Shown here piece after piece: positions 13,987-27,629 of a DNA stretch of 64,000 nucleotides. Position numbers and translations under genes: made by a program. This DNA comes from Eledone cirrhosa (Eukaryota), in NCBI GenBank assembly GCA_964016885.1, contig OZ024763.1, positions 5,704,001 through 5,768,000 on the forward strand. The letters are read 5' to 3'. How positions within the stretch are numbered: the stretch's first letter is position 1; the number at the start of each line of letters is the position of its first letter. Under the pieces are notes generated by a model. It was not told the origin of the DNA and did not search any database. It worked only from the letters and a program-made list of their open reading frames with translations.

Positions 13987-14853
13987 CCGGGTGCGGACGA
14001 CATATGTTCACAATTTTCAACTGCTAATTTTATGCAAATTTTTTTTACTTCCGTTGTCACTCTTGTCTTCATAAAAACAGTGACTATATTTCCATTATTT
14101 ATTTTCAGAATAATTGATTATGAATAATTTTGAACCTCCAAATTTATGGGAGAGACACGGAGTTCTTCTTGGAATCCGCGCCGGGAGGACAAATAAGGAA
14201 ATTTCAGACTCTCTCAGCGTCTGCAGGAGAATGGTGTGTCATCCAAAGACGTGCCCAGAGTCATGCAGACAAAGTTTCCAGCGATAACATTGGTCTTAGA
14301 TGTCATCAGCAGTCAAGGTGACATCACGCCACCTCATTTCTTCCCTGAGGGCCTCAAGCTGAACACCAATGGCTACATCCGCGTTCTGAGCGAGGTAGTA
14401 AAGCCCTGGATCGACCAGGTAGCTGCAGGTAGGCCGTACGTGTGGCCCTGCCATACCAGCCGAAAGACCCAAGCCTGGCTGTCAGAGAACTTCGTCGACC
14501 ACACTTCACCTGACATCTGGCCTCCCAGCTCGCCTGACTGCAACCCCCTCGACTTCTTTGCGTGGGGCGCAATGGAACGAGACACCAACAGATCTAGCTG
14601 CAATACGAAAGACAATCTGAAGGCCAGGATCACAAGTGCCTTTAGGGGCCTAAGTCGGGGGACAGTGACGAAGGGCTGTAGCCGGTTCCGAGGCCGTCAT
14701 CAAAGCCAATGGTGGGTTTATCGAGTGAGATCGAAAGAACAAGTCATGAAGACAAACTAACCCAAGTTTGATAAATATATCTTAAAAAATAAAACTACTG
14801 TATTATTTTTTTCCTAGACAGAAATCTTGCGAACAGATATCGTCCGCACCCTG
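13987..14853 (+). mobile_element. Deleted Tc1/mariner (DD37D/maT-like) transposon
   Basis: ~33-bp imperfect TIRs C(A/C)GGGTGCGGACGA.AT.TGTTC.CAA, flanked by TA on both sides. ORF 14236-14760 has PCHTSRKTQAWL and WPPSSPDCNPLDF, but the QQD motif with the second catalytic Asp is missing. Confidence 0.88.
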
Positions 14854-15045
14854 TATATATAACCAAAGGTTAAACAATGCTCATTGATTAATCAATGAAT
14901 ATAGTTTTACAATAGATTAGAAGCACTCAACGGTTAAGTTTTCTGGAGTTATTAATATTAATTCAAAATATTAACAAAGAACAAAATACTCCCAAGACTG
15001 AATTTGAACTATCAGCACAGTCGAGGTATGTCATGCATCAATTTA

Positions 15046-15115
15046 TATATTTTATCTGATGAGGACGTACTGAAATAACAGCACAGTACCTCCGAAATAT
15101 ATATAATAAAATATA
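15046..15115 (+). ncRNA. Minimal type-I hammerhead ribozyme motif, intact core
   Basis: TATATTTTAT-CTGATGA-GGA-C-GTACTG...CAGTAC-C-TCC-GAAA-T-ATAT-A-TA-ATAAAATATA. 10-bp stem I, canonical G10.1-C11.1 pair, palindromic loop III. Confidence 0.85.
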
Positions 15116-15155
15116 TTTTGATTACGTGAATGTCTACATTTGTTAATATTTTGAA

Positions 15156-15203
<48 letters not shown>

Positions 15204-15376
15204 TGTAATAAACAACATAAGATAATTATTTCATTTACCAGTGGTTTCTTGAAAGCAAACAAATCTGCTTTCAGTCGTCAGAATGAAAACATCCTGGTGT
15301 TTTTATTGAAAGTGGAATTGAAAACCTACATAGAGCACTCTTTTTTCCTGTACCTTTCCAACGGAATTACTTCATT

Positions 15377-15412
<36 letters not shown>

Positions 15413-18400
15413 GGTACATACACCTCACAACTCCCAGCTTACCTATGACCACCACCTCCTTCTCCCCCTTCCACCAACCTTTAACTAATTTATTTACTTG
15501 CTTATTTGTTGTTTTTTTTTCCTTATTTATTACATTTTATTTGTTGCCACGCTTACAACCCCCTTCCACCACCATCACCACCTTTACCACCATCACCACC
15601 TTTACCACCATCACCACCACCACCAACACCATCAGCACCACCACCATCACCACCTTTACCACCATCACCGCCACCCTGTTACCTTTACTTTTTACCTCTC
15701 AACTTGTAATCTTTCTTCTCTTTATTTCAATGTCAGGTGGGGGCCTCCAGTTTGTCTCCCCACCACCACCTTATCACAACCATCACCACTTCCACACCAC
15801 TACCACCACCACCACCACCACACCATCACCACCACCACCACCACCACACCACTACCACCACCACCACCACCACACCAACACCACTACCACCACCACACCA
15901 ACACCACTACCACCACCGCCACCATCACCACCACCACCAACACAACCACCACCACACCACCACCACCACACCATCACCACCATCACCACCACACTAACAC
16001 CGCCACCATCACCACCACCATCACCACCACCACCACCACACCACTACCACCACCACCACCGCCACCATCACCACCACCACCAACACCATCAGCACCACCA
16101 CCACACCACCACCACCACACCATCACCACCATCACCACCACACCAACACCGCCACCATCACCACCACCACCACCATCACCACCACCACCACCACACCAAC
16201 ACCACCACTACCACCAACACCACCACCACCACGACACCACCACCACCACACCACCACACCATCACCATCACCACCACCACCGCCACCATCACCACCACCA
16301 CCACCACACCAACACCACCACCACCACCAACACCATCACCACCACCACCACACCACCACCACCACACCATCACCACCACCACCACCACACCAACACCGCC
16401 ACCATCACCACCACCACCACCATCACCACCACCACCACCACACCACCACCACCACTACCACCACCACCATCACCACCACACCAACACCGCCACCATCACC
16501 ACCACCACCACCACCACCACCACCACACCATCACCACCATCACCACCACACCAACACCGACACCATCACCACCACCACCACCATCACCACCACCACCACA
16601 CCAACACCACCACTACCACCACCATCACCACCATCACCACCACCACCACCACCACTACCACCACCGCCACCATCACCACCACCACCACACCAACACCACC
16701 ACTACCACCACCACCACCACCACTACCACCACCACCACCACGACACCACCACGACACCACCACCACCACGACACCACCACGACACCACCACCACCACACC
16801 AACACCACCACTACCACCAACACCACCACTACCACCAACACCACCACCACTACCACCACCACGACACCACCACCACCAACACCACCACCATATATACAAC
16901 TTATTGTTACCCAGGCTGCTTTCTCTCTCTCTCTTTTCTATATATCTATCCATCTATGTATTAGCCTTGCTCTCTCTCTCACACACACACGCGGCAGTCA
17001 GTCTCCCCCAATGTTAGGACTGGGGAGGGGGGGGGGTTATTTTACCCGCCTCACTCCACAATACAAACCTGTTACCAGTTGGAATGGAATCCATCCAGAT
17101 CACCATCTGCCGGGTGGGGGGGGGGTCTATTCACCTTAACATTTCTATTATATTACCCCCCCCCCCTACCCTAGGTACAGCTGGGGGTGGAGTGAGGGTG
17201 GGGGCTGTTCTGGCGTCCATTTGTCCCACCTTCAGGTTGTTACCTGTTGACACACATACGGGGTGGGTGGGGGGTGAATGTTACATATACTCATTCACAC
17301 ACACACACGCACATATACACATATACACACACACACAGGTATGCTGAGGGCACTCGGGCATATATACCCACACTTACATATTAACACACATATGAGTACA
17401 CCAAGGGCATAAAGCCACATACACACACATACATCAATACACGCACACACATTTTACATATTAAGACACACACACACAGTTGGGAACACCAAGGGCATAA
17501 AGCCACATACAGACTTGCTGAGGGCATACATGCACACACAGAAATCTACACATACATACACACTCATTCACACATCTACCCATACATACACACTCATTCA
17601 CACATCTACACATACATACACACTCATTCACACATCTACACATACATACACAGTCCCACATCTACACATACATACACACTCCCACATCTACACACACATA
17701 CACACTCCCACATCTACACACACATACACACTCCCACATCTACACACACATACACACACACATCTACACACACATACACACTCCCACATCTACACACACT
17801 GACATCTACACATACATACACACACATCTACACACACATACACACTCACTCACACATCTACACACACATACACACTCACTCCCACATCTACACACACATA
17901 TACACTCACTCACACATCTATACACACTCACTCACACATCTACACACATACACACTCCCATGCACACAGTCATACCACACATGTGCACACTCCCCCCCCC
18001 CACCCACACGTGTCCCCCCTACCTCTCCCACCAGATATGAAGCTATCTAGAGTTTTAAGACCCAGCTGGCAACAGTTTTAGTTTAGATCTTCTAAATATC
18101 CTGGTGTGTGTGTGTGTGTATACATGTGTGTGTGTGAGTATGCGTTTATGTGTGTGTGTGTGTGTGCAAGTGTGTGGTATGTGTATGTATGTGTGTGTAT
18201 GTGTACGCATGTATGTTTGTGTATGTATGCTGTGTGTGTATGTTTATATGTTGTTTGCATGTGTGTGTATGTATGTATGTATGTATGTATGTATGTATGT
18301 ATCTGTGTATGTTTATATGTTGTTTGCATGTGTGTGTATGTATGTATGTATGTATCTGTGTATGTTGTTTGTATATGTGTGTATGTATGTTCATGTTGTG

Positions 18401-18777
18401 TGTATGTATGTATGTGTGTGTATGTGTGTTGTGTGTTTGTATGACACATTTTCAATTCCCAGCTGTAGCCGGTCCTCACCATCCCACCATAATCCCTGGA
18501 AAGAAACAATGCAGTTATTAAGAAGCTTGAAATTAATGCATGCAAGATTTCACAGCTCTAGCATCACTCCTTCATAGTCAGCCTATGAAATTTTTCAGCC
18601 CACCTTTATATATTATTAATAGAGAGACTAACCAAGTTATACTAAAAACACTGTTAATCCTACATATGTTCCAATGTAGAGCGGTGGGCCGTACCAAGAT
18701 ACATACAAGGTATCCGTCCCTCACTCTACATATCTTCAGGAACCTTTCTTTGAGCTTCTCCTAGAGGTGATACAGTG

Positions 18778-18835
<58 letters not shown>

Positions 18836-19284
18836 TTCGTTTAACGTCCATTTTCCACGCTAGCATGGGTTAGACGGGAGTTGTCCCAATTTGAGTCAAG
18901 GTTGGTCGGGTGACCGTGTCTCGCTCATATAGGACTGTCTGGCAGGTTTTCTATGGCTGGATGCCCTTCCTAACACCAACCACGTTTACAGTGTGGACAC
19001 TGTAGTTGGAACCTGATACCTGAGCTCAAACCATTTCAACAGCTAGTTCCAGTGTGGAACTAGCTGTTGAAACAGTAACACCTTAGCCTTTGGGTCCTCA
19101 TTCTTTATAATATAACCATTCTCTACTCTCCCATGTATAGTTGAGTAATTGTCTAACTCGTTTCAAACTGATTCCATTCTGATTTATAGACGTATATACA
19201 TATATATATATCATCATCATCATTGTTTTACGTCCATTTTTCCATGCTAGCATCGGTTAGACAAGTTCTCTTATATATATATAT

Positions 19285-19640
19285 ATATATCTATTCTAAG
19301 GCGGGTAAAATTCCCGAGATCCATGGACGAGTTCTCTCCAGCGGTCTCTGTCCCTCATTATCGCTGCCATATCCTGCATCTCCAACAGACCAGTGTCTGT
19401 CCTTAGGGCATCAACATATGTTAACCTTGGTCTTCCTCTTCTAGTGTGTCCATGTAGGGGCTCCCAAAGGAGCACTGAGTGCAATGTCAACTCTGGATGT
19501 CGGTGAGCATGTCCAGCCAACCTCAGTCTCCTCTGTGTCACTTTTGAGCTGACTTTTGGGATGCTCCCATACAGCTCTGAGTTTTTCATCCTCAGTGTAT
19601 ACTGATTAATGTTCAGAGCCATCCTCAGCATTCTCTTCAT
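19285..19640 (-). mobile_element. RTE-group LINE 3' end fragment
   Basis: RMLRMALNI...QRRLRLAGHAHRHPE...LLWEPLHGHTRRGRPRLTYVDAL...DRDRWR is a typical RTE/RTEX ORF C-terminus. The same 3' tip recurs near 62882-62910. Confidence 0.85.
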
Positions 19641-19674
19641 TTTCTTTCCTGTATAAACTATGATGCTTGTATTT

Positions 19675-19713
<39 letters not shown>

Positions 19714-19764
19714 TGAAGGGCGATGCCCCAGCATGGCCTCAGCCGGATGGCTGGAACAGGTAAA

Positions 19765-19830
<66 letters not shown>

Positions 19831-19924
19831 AAATACAAGCATCATAGTTTATACAGGAAAGAAAATGAAGAGGGTTTTTAAAGAAACACAGAAAATTATT
19901 TTATCTCAGAGGACACACAAAGTA

Positions 19925-19984
<60 letters not shown>

Positions 19985-19989
19985 AAGTA

Positions 19990-20058
<69 letters not shown>

Positions 20059-20062
20059 AGTA

Positions 20063-20111
<49 letters not shown>

Positions 20112-20121
<10 letters not shown>

Positions 20122-20277
20122 CGTAAAATAAGAAAATATCTTTTAAAAAAATTTTAAAAAAATTTTTCACTTACTTACTTAAATTTTCACTCCTTGGAGT
20201 GAAAATTTAAGTAAGTAAGTAAAAAATTTTTTTAAAATTTTTTTAAAAGATATTTCCTTATTTTACGTCTTTTATAT
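20112..20277. repeat. AT-rich hairpin palindrome (~82-bp arms)
   Basis: Arms are complementary around TCC-TT-GGA at 20191-20198 with about two mismatches. Confidence 0.9.
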
Positions 20278-20390
20278 TATTGTTCTGCATTCTCCTGCAT
20301 TGAACCACCTAGGTACTATGACATAACCTGTGTATTGGCTAGCATGGGCGTGCATCTGTGCGCTTATGTTAGTTGATATATTAAATTATC

Positions 20391-20424
<34 letters not shown>

Positions 20425-20429
20425 AAGTA

Positions 20430-20479
<50 letters not shown>

Positions 20480-20505
20480 TTCTTTCTAGGCACCAATTCT
20501 AATTT

Positions 20506-20586
<81 letters not shown>

Positions 20587-20753
20587 TGTTATATTTACAT
20601 AACAACAGCTGTTGCTAAGATTGATTCAACTTTTAAAAAATACACTTTTACCCCACAAAATACAATTAATCAATAACTGGCAGAGAAAATAGTTTTTTTT
20701 TATATTTTATTTTAACATCCTCTGATGCTTCGGATATAATAATGTCTGTAAGT

Positions 20754-21405
20754 TCTTGGGTGGCTTGACATACCATACACTGTATTACATCATATATACA
20801 CCTCTTGGGGTGGCTTGACATACCATACACTGTATTACATCATATATACACCTCTTGGGGTGGCTTGACATACCATACACTGTAATACATCATATATTCA
20901 CCTCTTGGGGTGGCTTGACATACCATACACTGTATTACATCATATATACACCTCTTGGGGTGGCTTGACATACCATACACTGTATTACATCATATATACA
21001 CCTCTTGGGGTGGCTTGACATACCATACACTGCAATACATCATATATACACATCTTGGGGTGGCTTGACATACCATACACTGTATTACATCATATATACA
21101 CCTCTTGGGGTGGCTTGACATACCATACACTGTATTACATCATATATACACCTCTTGGGGTGGCTTGACATACCATACACTGTAATACATCATATATACA
21201 CCTCTTGGGGTGGCTTGACATACCATACACTGTAATACATCATATATACACCTCTTGGGGTGGCTTGACATACCATACACTGTATTACATCATATATACA
21301 CCTCTTGGGGTGGCTTGACATACCATACACTGTATTACATCATATATACACCTCTTGGGGTGGCTTGACATACCATACACTGCAATACATCATATATACA
21401 CCTCT
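20754..21405. repeat. 50-bp tandem minisatellite, ~13 copies
   Basis: Unit TGGCTTGACATACCATACACTGTATTACATCATATATACACCTCTTGGGG. Confidence 0.95.
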
Positions 21406-21484
21406 ATACACTGTGGTAACTTAGTGACTTTACCACTCAGCTAACTTTAGCAGGCTTGATACTGTGGTAGAATTGATCTTTTAA

Positions 21485-21705
21485 CCCTTTAGCATTTACA
21501 TTACTCTATATATACTATTGTATCTTCATGGTAAACACTTTACCTCACATAATTATCTCGCATAATATCGAATCAATGAAATTTTGATATTATTTATTTT
21601 GAGAATAATACCTTAACATCAGTATGAGTGGCCAGTTACAGCCAGTTTCAACAGAAAGAGGTGAGAAAATTCTGGACAGGTATAGCCAATTTAAATGCTA
21701 AAGAG
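21485..21705. mobile_element. TTAA-flanked MITE (piggyBac-like termini)
   Basis: TTAA|CCCTTTAGCATTTA...TAAATGCTAAAGAG|TTAA. A diverged inverted copy lies at ~45788-45996. Confidence 0.7.
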
Positions 21706-21780
21706 TTAACCTATGAGTTGGTAACTTATGGCAGGCTTGTAGTAGGCTCGATCTCTTAACCTCTAGGTTACTAACTTACT

Positions 21781-24368
21781 GACTTTACCACTCAGCTAAC
21801 TAAAGCAGGCTTGATACTGTGATAGAATTGAACTCTTAACCTGTGGGCTGGTAACCTAGAGACTTTACCACTCAGCTAACTAAAGCAGGCTTGATACTGT
21901 GATAGAATTGAACTCTTAACCTGTGGGCTGGTAACCTAGAGACTTTACCACTCAGCTAACTAAAGCAGGCTTGATACTGTGATAGAATTGAACTCTTAAC
22001 CTGTGGGCTGGTAACCTAGAGACTTTACCACTCAGTTAACTATAGTAGGCTTGATACTGTGATAGAATTGAACTCTTAACCTGTGGGCTGGTAACCTAGA
22101 GACTTTACCACTCAGCTAACTAAAGCAGGCTTGATACTGTGATAGAATTGAACTCTTAACCTGTGGGCTGGTAACCTAGAGACTTTACCACTCAGCTAAC
22201 TAAAGCAGGCTTGATACTGTGATAGAATTGAACTCTTAACCTGTGGGCTGGTAACCTAGAGACTTTACCACTCAGTTAACTATAGTAGGCTTGATACTGT
22301 GATAGAATTGAACTCTTAACCTGTGGGCTGGTAACCTAGAGACTTTACCACTCAGCTAACTAAAGCAGGCTTGATACTGTGATAGAATTGAACTCTTAAC
22401 CTGTGGGCTGGTAACCTAGAGACTTTACCACTCAGCTAACTAAAGCAGGCTTGATACTGTGATAGAATTGAACTCTTAACCTGTGGGCTGGTAACCTAGA
22501 GACTTTACCACTCAGTTAACTATAGTAGGCTTGATACTGTGATAGAATTGAACTCTTAACCTGTGGGTTGGTAACCTAGAGACTTTACCACTCAGTTAAC
22601 TATAGTAGGCTTGATACTGTGATAGAATTGAACTCTTAACCTGTGGGCTGGTAACCTAGAGACTTTACCACTCAGTTAACTATAGTAGGCTTGATACTGT
22701 GATAGAATTGAACTCTTAACCTGTGGGCTGGTAACCTAGAGACTTTACCACTCAGTTAACTATAGTAGGCTTGATACTGTGATAGAATTGAACTCTTAAC
22801 CTGTGGGTTGGTAACCTAGAGACTTTACCACTCAGTTAACTATAGTAGGCTTGATACTGTGATAGAATTGAACTCTTAACCTGTGGGTTGGTAACCTAGA
22901 GACTTTACCACTCAGTTAACTATAGTAGGCTTGAAACTGTGATAGAATTGAACTCTTAACCTGTGGGTTGGTAACCTAGAGACTTTACCACTTGGTTAAC
23001 TAAAGCAGGCTTGATACTGTGATAGAATTGAACTCTTAACCTGTGGGTTGGTAACCTAGAGACTTTACCACTTGGTTAACTAAAGCAGGCTTGATACTGT
23101 GATAGAATTGAACTCTTAACCTGTGGGTTGGTAACCTAGAGACTTTACCACTCAGCTAACTTTAGCAGGCTTGATACTGTGATAGAATTGAACTCTTAAC
23201 CTGTGGGCTGGTAACCTAGAGACTTTACCACTCAGCTAACTTTAGCAGGCTTGATACTGTGATAGAATTGAACTCTTAACCTGTGGGCTGGTAACCTAGA
23301 GACTTTACCACTCGGTTAACTAAAGCAGGCTTGATACTGTGATAGAATTGAACTCTTAACCTGTGGGTTGGTAACCTAGAGACTTTACCACTCAGCTAAC
23401 TTTAGCAGGCTTGATACTGTGATAGAATTGAACTCTTAACCTGTGGGCTGGTAACCTAGAGACTTTACCACTCGGTTAACTAAAGCAGGCTTGATACTGT
23501 TGTAGAATTGAACTCTTAACCTGTGGGTTGGTAACCTAGAGACTTTACCACTTGGTTAACTAAAGCAGGCTTGATACTGTGATAGAATTGAACTCTTAAC
23601 CTGTGGGCTGGTAACCTAGAGACTTTACCACTCGGTTAACTAAAGCAGGCTTGATACTGTGATAGAATTGAACTCTTAACCTGTGGGCTGGTAACCTAGA
23701 GACTTTACCACTTGGTTAACTAAAGCAGGCTTGATACTGTGATAGAATTGAACTCTTAACCTGTGGGTTGGTAACCTAGAGACTTTACCACTCAGCTAAC
23801 TTTAGCAGGCTTGATACTGTGATAGAATTGAACTCTTAACCTGTGGGCTGGTAACCTAGAGACTTTACCACTCGGTTAACTAAAGCAGGCTTGATACTGT
23901 TGTAGAATTGAACTCTTAACCTGTGGGTTGGTAACCTAGAGACTTTACCACTTGGTTAACTAAAGCAGGCTTGATACTGTGATAGAATTGAACTCTTAAC
24001 CTGTGGGCTGGTAACCTAGAGACTTTACCACTCGGTTAACTAAAGCAGGCTTGATACTGTGATAGAATTGAACTCTTAACCTGTGGGCTGGTAACCTAGA
24101 GACTTTACCACTTGGTTAACTAAAGCAGGCTTGATACTGTGATAGAATTGAACTCTTAACCTGTGGGTTGGTAACCTAGAGACTTTACCACTCAGCTAAC
24201 TAAAGCAGGCTTGATACTGTGATAGAATTGAACTCTTAACCTGTGGGCTGGTAACCTAGAGACTTTACCACTCGGTTAACTAAAGCAGGCTTGATACTGT
24301 GATAGAATTGAACTCTTAACCTGTGGGCTGGTAACCTAGAGACTTTACCACTCAGCTAACTCTAGCAG
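21781..24368 (-). repeat. 80-bp tandem array, ~32 copies, with a tRNA-like unit
   Basis: GACTTTACCA recurs every 80 bp. The minus strand reads TAGCTGAGTGG...GAGTTCAATTCT. Confidence 0.95.
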
Positions 24369-24803
24369 GGTTTTGGAATGAAGACAAAAACACCAATTTC
24401 CAATAAAGATTAAAATACTTTGATAAATGTTATCTGTAATAAAATGTTTATTTTCCGTGTCAATCTACAGATTTGTTACCAACATGTGGGAATATTTCAT
24501 GTAGATAAACACCTGACTGATTTAATTTACTGGCATAGTTTACCTTGATAATGATGATAGCTTCTGCTATACTGAACATACGCACACACACACACACATA
24601 TATACATATATACATATATATATATACATGTATATATATATGTGTAAAAACCTACTACAGTCAGTAGGCATCTCTATCAAAACAAACCCCCGTCCCACCA
24701 CCTCCACCCCACCCACACCGCCCCTTTCAATGTAAAGTTATGTTGGTCCCACAACATCCAGGCCGAAACAAATGAGATCGTGTAGGTGTCACGACAAAAA
24801 ACA

Positions 24804-25370
24804 CACAGTCCACGCTGTAAATGTGGCCGTGTAGGCAACACGGTAAAAACCTCCCAGCCCCACACTGTAAATGTGGTTGGTGTTAGGAAGGGCATCCAGC
24901 TGTAGAAAACCCGCCAGACAGTCCACGCTGTAATGTGGCCGTGTAGGCAACACGGTAAAAACCTCCCAGCCCCACACTGTAAATGTGGTTGGTGTTAGGA
25001 AGGGCATCCAGCTGTAGAAAACCCGCCAGACAGTCCACGCTGTAATGTGGCCGTGTAGGCAACACGGTAAAAACCTCCCAGCCCCACACTGTAAATGTGG
25101 TTGGTGTTAGGAAGGGCATCCAGCTGTAGAAAACCCGCCAGACAGTCCACGCTGTAATGTGGCCGTGTAGGCAACACGGTAAAAACCTCCCAGACCCACA
25201 CTGTAAATGTGGTTGGTGTTAGGAAGGGCATCCAACTGTAGAAAACCCGCCAGACAGTCCTATGCGAGCAAGACAACCACTCTTGCCTCAAGTGGGAAAA
25301 CCCCCGTCCAAACCCATGCAAGCGTGGAACACGGACGCTAAACCTGATGATGATGATGATGATGATGATA
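24804..25370 (+). repeat. 112-bp x4 tandem duplication inside a SINE/LINE 3' tail
   Basis: Each unit contains GTTGGTGTTAGGAAGGGCATCCAGCTGTAGAAA. The region ends in the shared tail and (GAT)n. Confidence 0.88.
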
Positions 25371-25479
25371 TATATATACACACATAACATATATATATGT
25401 ATGCAAAAAGTAAACGGAAACAACGAAGCAAACAACACAGAACAATGAATAAATATATTAGTTTAATGCAGGAAAAGAG

Positions 25480-25515
25480 TCTTAACGTTTCAGACACTAG
25501 TCCTTCATCAGAAGA
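25480..25515 (-). ncRNA. Very minimal hammerhead ribozyme motif
   Basis: Reverse complement TCTT-CTGATGA-AGGAC-TAGT-GTCT-GAAA-CGT-T-AAGA. Stem III is reduced to palindromic ACGT. Confidence 0.6.
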
Positions 25516-25726
25516 TAGAATGAGAAATAAAAGATGAATTATAAAAAGTGAGAAGGAAGGAATAGAAAAATATTTTTTGATTAAAAGAAAGTATGAATTC
25601 AGTCAGCCATTCATCATTTTACATCTGCTTTTCCCTGCTTGCAAGGGTGGGATGCCCTTCCTAATGCCAACCTCATTTACAGTGTGTGCTGGGTGCTTTT
25701 AATTCACATTATATTGTCATTATATA

Positions 25727-25913
25727 GGGCGGTGGATTGGCAGTATCGGTAGAGGGTCGGACACCATGCTTTGACACATAGAGTTATTGCCCTTGCCATT
25801 CTGAGTTCAAATCCCGCCGAGGTTAACCTTGCCTTTCATCCTTACGGGGTCGATAAAATAAAGTACCAGTAATACACTGGGTAATTGCTGGCCTTGTGCC
25901 GATAGTAGAAACA
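25727..25913 (+). mobile_element. tRNA-derived SINE family A
   Basis: Full-length copy with flanking duplication ATTATATTGTCATT. Confidence 0.85.
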
Positions 25914-26129
25914 ATTATATTGTCATTCCACATTTGTTCACCTCTCTCTTCTTGTTATTCACCTCTCTTCTTCTTCTTGTTATTCACCTCTCTTCTTCTT
26001 CTTGTTATTCACCTCTCTCTCATTGTTGTTATTCACCGCTCAATATATTTTATCCTTCTTATTTTTTCTCCTTTTAACAATTCAGTCGAACAACAAATAT
26101 TAAAAATTCTCCCAATAAAATGTAAGTAG

Positions 26130-26890
26130 ACAGCATGTCTTACCATTGTCACAGTATATAGCATGTCTTACCATTGTCACAGTATATAGCATGTCTTACC
26201 ATTGTCACAGTATATAGCATGTCTTACCATTGTCACAGTATATAGCATGTCTTACCATTGTCACAGTATATAGCATGTCTTACCATTGTCACAGTATATA
26301 GCATGTCTTACCATTGTCACAGTATATAGCATGTCTTACCATTGTCACAGTATATAGCATGTCTTACCATTGTCACAGTATATAGCATGTCTTACCATTG
26401 TCACAGTATATAGCATGTCTTACCATTGTCACAGTATATAGCATGTCTTACCATTGTCACATTATACAGCATGTCTTACCATTGTCACAGTATATAGCAT
26501 GTCTTACCATTGTCACAGTATATAGCATGTCTTACCATTGTCACAGTATATAGCATGTCTTACCATTGTCACAGTATATAGCATGTCTTACCATTGTCAC
26601 AGTGTACAGCATGTCTTACTTTTGTGTGTCTTATCATTGTCTGTGTGTAACTTGTCTTACTATTGTCACAGTGTATAGCATGTCTTAACTTTTGTCACAT
26701 GTAGCATGTCTTTATCACAAAATATAGCATGTTTTATCTTTGTCACAAAATATAGCATGTTTTATCTTTGTCACAAAATATAGCATGTTTTATCTTTGTC
26801 ACAAAATATAGCATGTTTTATCTTTGTCACAAAATATAGCATGTTTTATCTTTGTCACAATATATAGCATGTCTTTGTCACAATATATTG
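26130..26890. repeat. 28-bp tandem minisatellite (~17 homogeneous copies, then a variant block)
   Basis: Unit AGCATGTCTTACCATTGTCACAGTATAT, drifting to AGCATGTTTTATCTTTGTCACAAAATAT. Confidence 0.93.
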
Positions 26891-27374
26891 CACGTTTTAT
26901 CTGAATTACAATATATGGTATGTCTTTCCTTTGTCACAGTATGGTCTGTTACAGTCTGTTACATCTCTCACAGTATTACATCTGTCATATTATTACATCT
27001 GTCACATGTAACATGTCTTATCATTGTCACAGTGTGGTCTTTGTTTCACTACATGGTTTACTGTATGGTCCACACACACACACACATATATATGTGTGTG
27101 TACATACTTATATATAAACATATATATATATATATATAAGTATGCATGTATACGTACATACATATATGTATACAGGCGTACAGTAGCATGCACATATATA
27201 TATATATATACATATATACATACATGTGCATACAGGTACACACACATATATGCACGTATCAGTTTAGCGGCGCCAACGTCGCTTTGTTCGTTTGTAAACA
27301 AACTGAACAGCCTGAATTTATGCCATACGGTGTTAAGGCAACCACGTCACCTTTTTGTTCAACACTGACACAGG

Positions 27375-27419
27375 AACGATGTACTAGTTTCAAGCTTGTT
27401 AGCTATCATCAGCACCGTT
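27375..27419 (-). ncRNA. Minimal hammerhead ribozyme motif (left arm of palindrome)
   Basis: Reverse complement of 27585-27629. Confidence 0.75.
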
Positions 27420-27584
27420 TACCCATCTGCCAGATAGTTGAACGTTCGAAAGTATATACTTTCCTTATGAAAATTAACGCCTGACCGATTTAACTCACTC
27501 AATATGCAAATTAGGCTGCTCAGCCGTTAATTTTCATAAGGAAAGTATATACTTTCGAACGTTCAACTATCTGGCAGATGGGTA

Positions 27585-27629
27585 AACGGTGCTGATGATA
27601 GCTAACAAGCTTGAAACTAGTACATCGTT
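27585..27629 (+). ncRNA. Minimal hammerhead ribozyme motif (right arm of palindrome)
   Basis: AACGGTG-CTGATGA-T-AGC-TAACAA-GCT-T-GAAA-CTAG-TA-CATCGTT. 7-bp stem I, palindromic ACTAGT in place of stem III, GUA triplet. Confidence 0.75.

Noticed and set aside
15445-17139. Extensin- or mucin-like His/Pro/Thr ORF
   Set aside because: A (CAC)n compound microsatellite that is open in several frames, with no splice or domain support.
21781-24368. Cluster of functional tRNA genes
   Set aside because: A and B boxes are present, but acceptor and anticodon stems cannot be paired convincingly.
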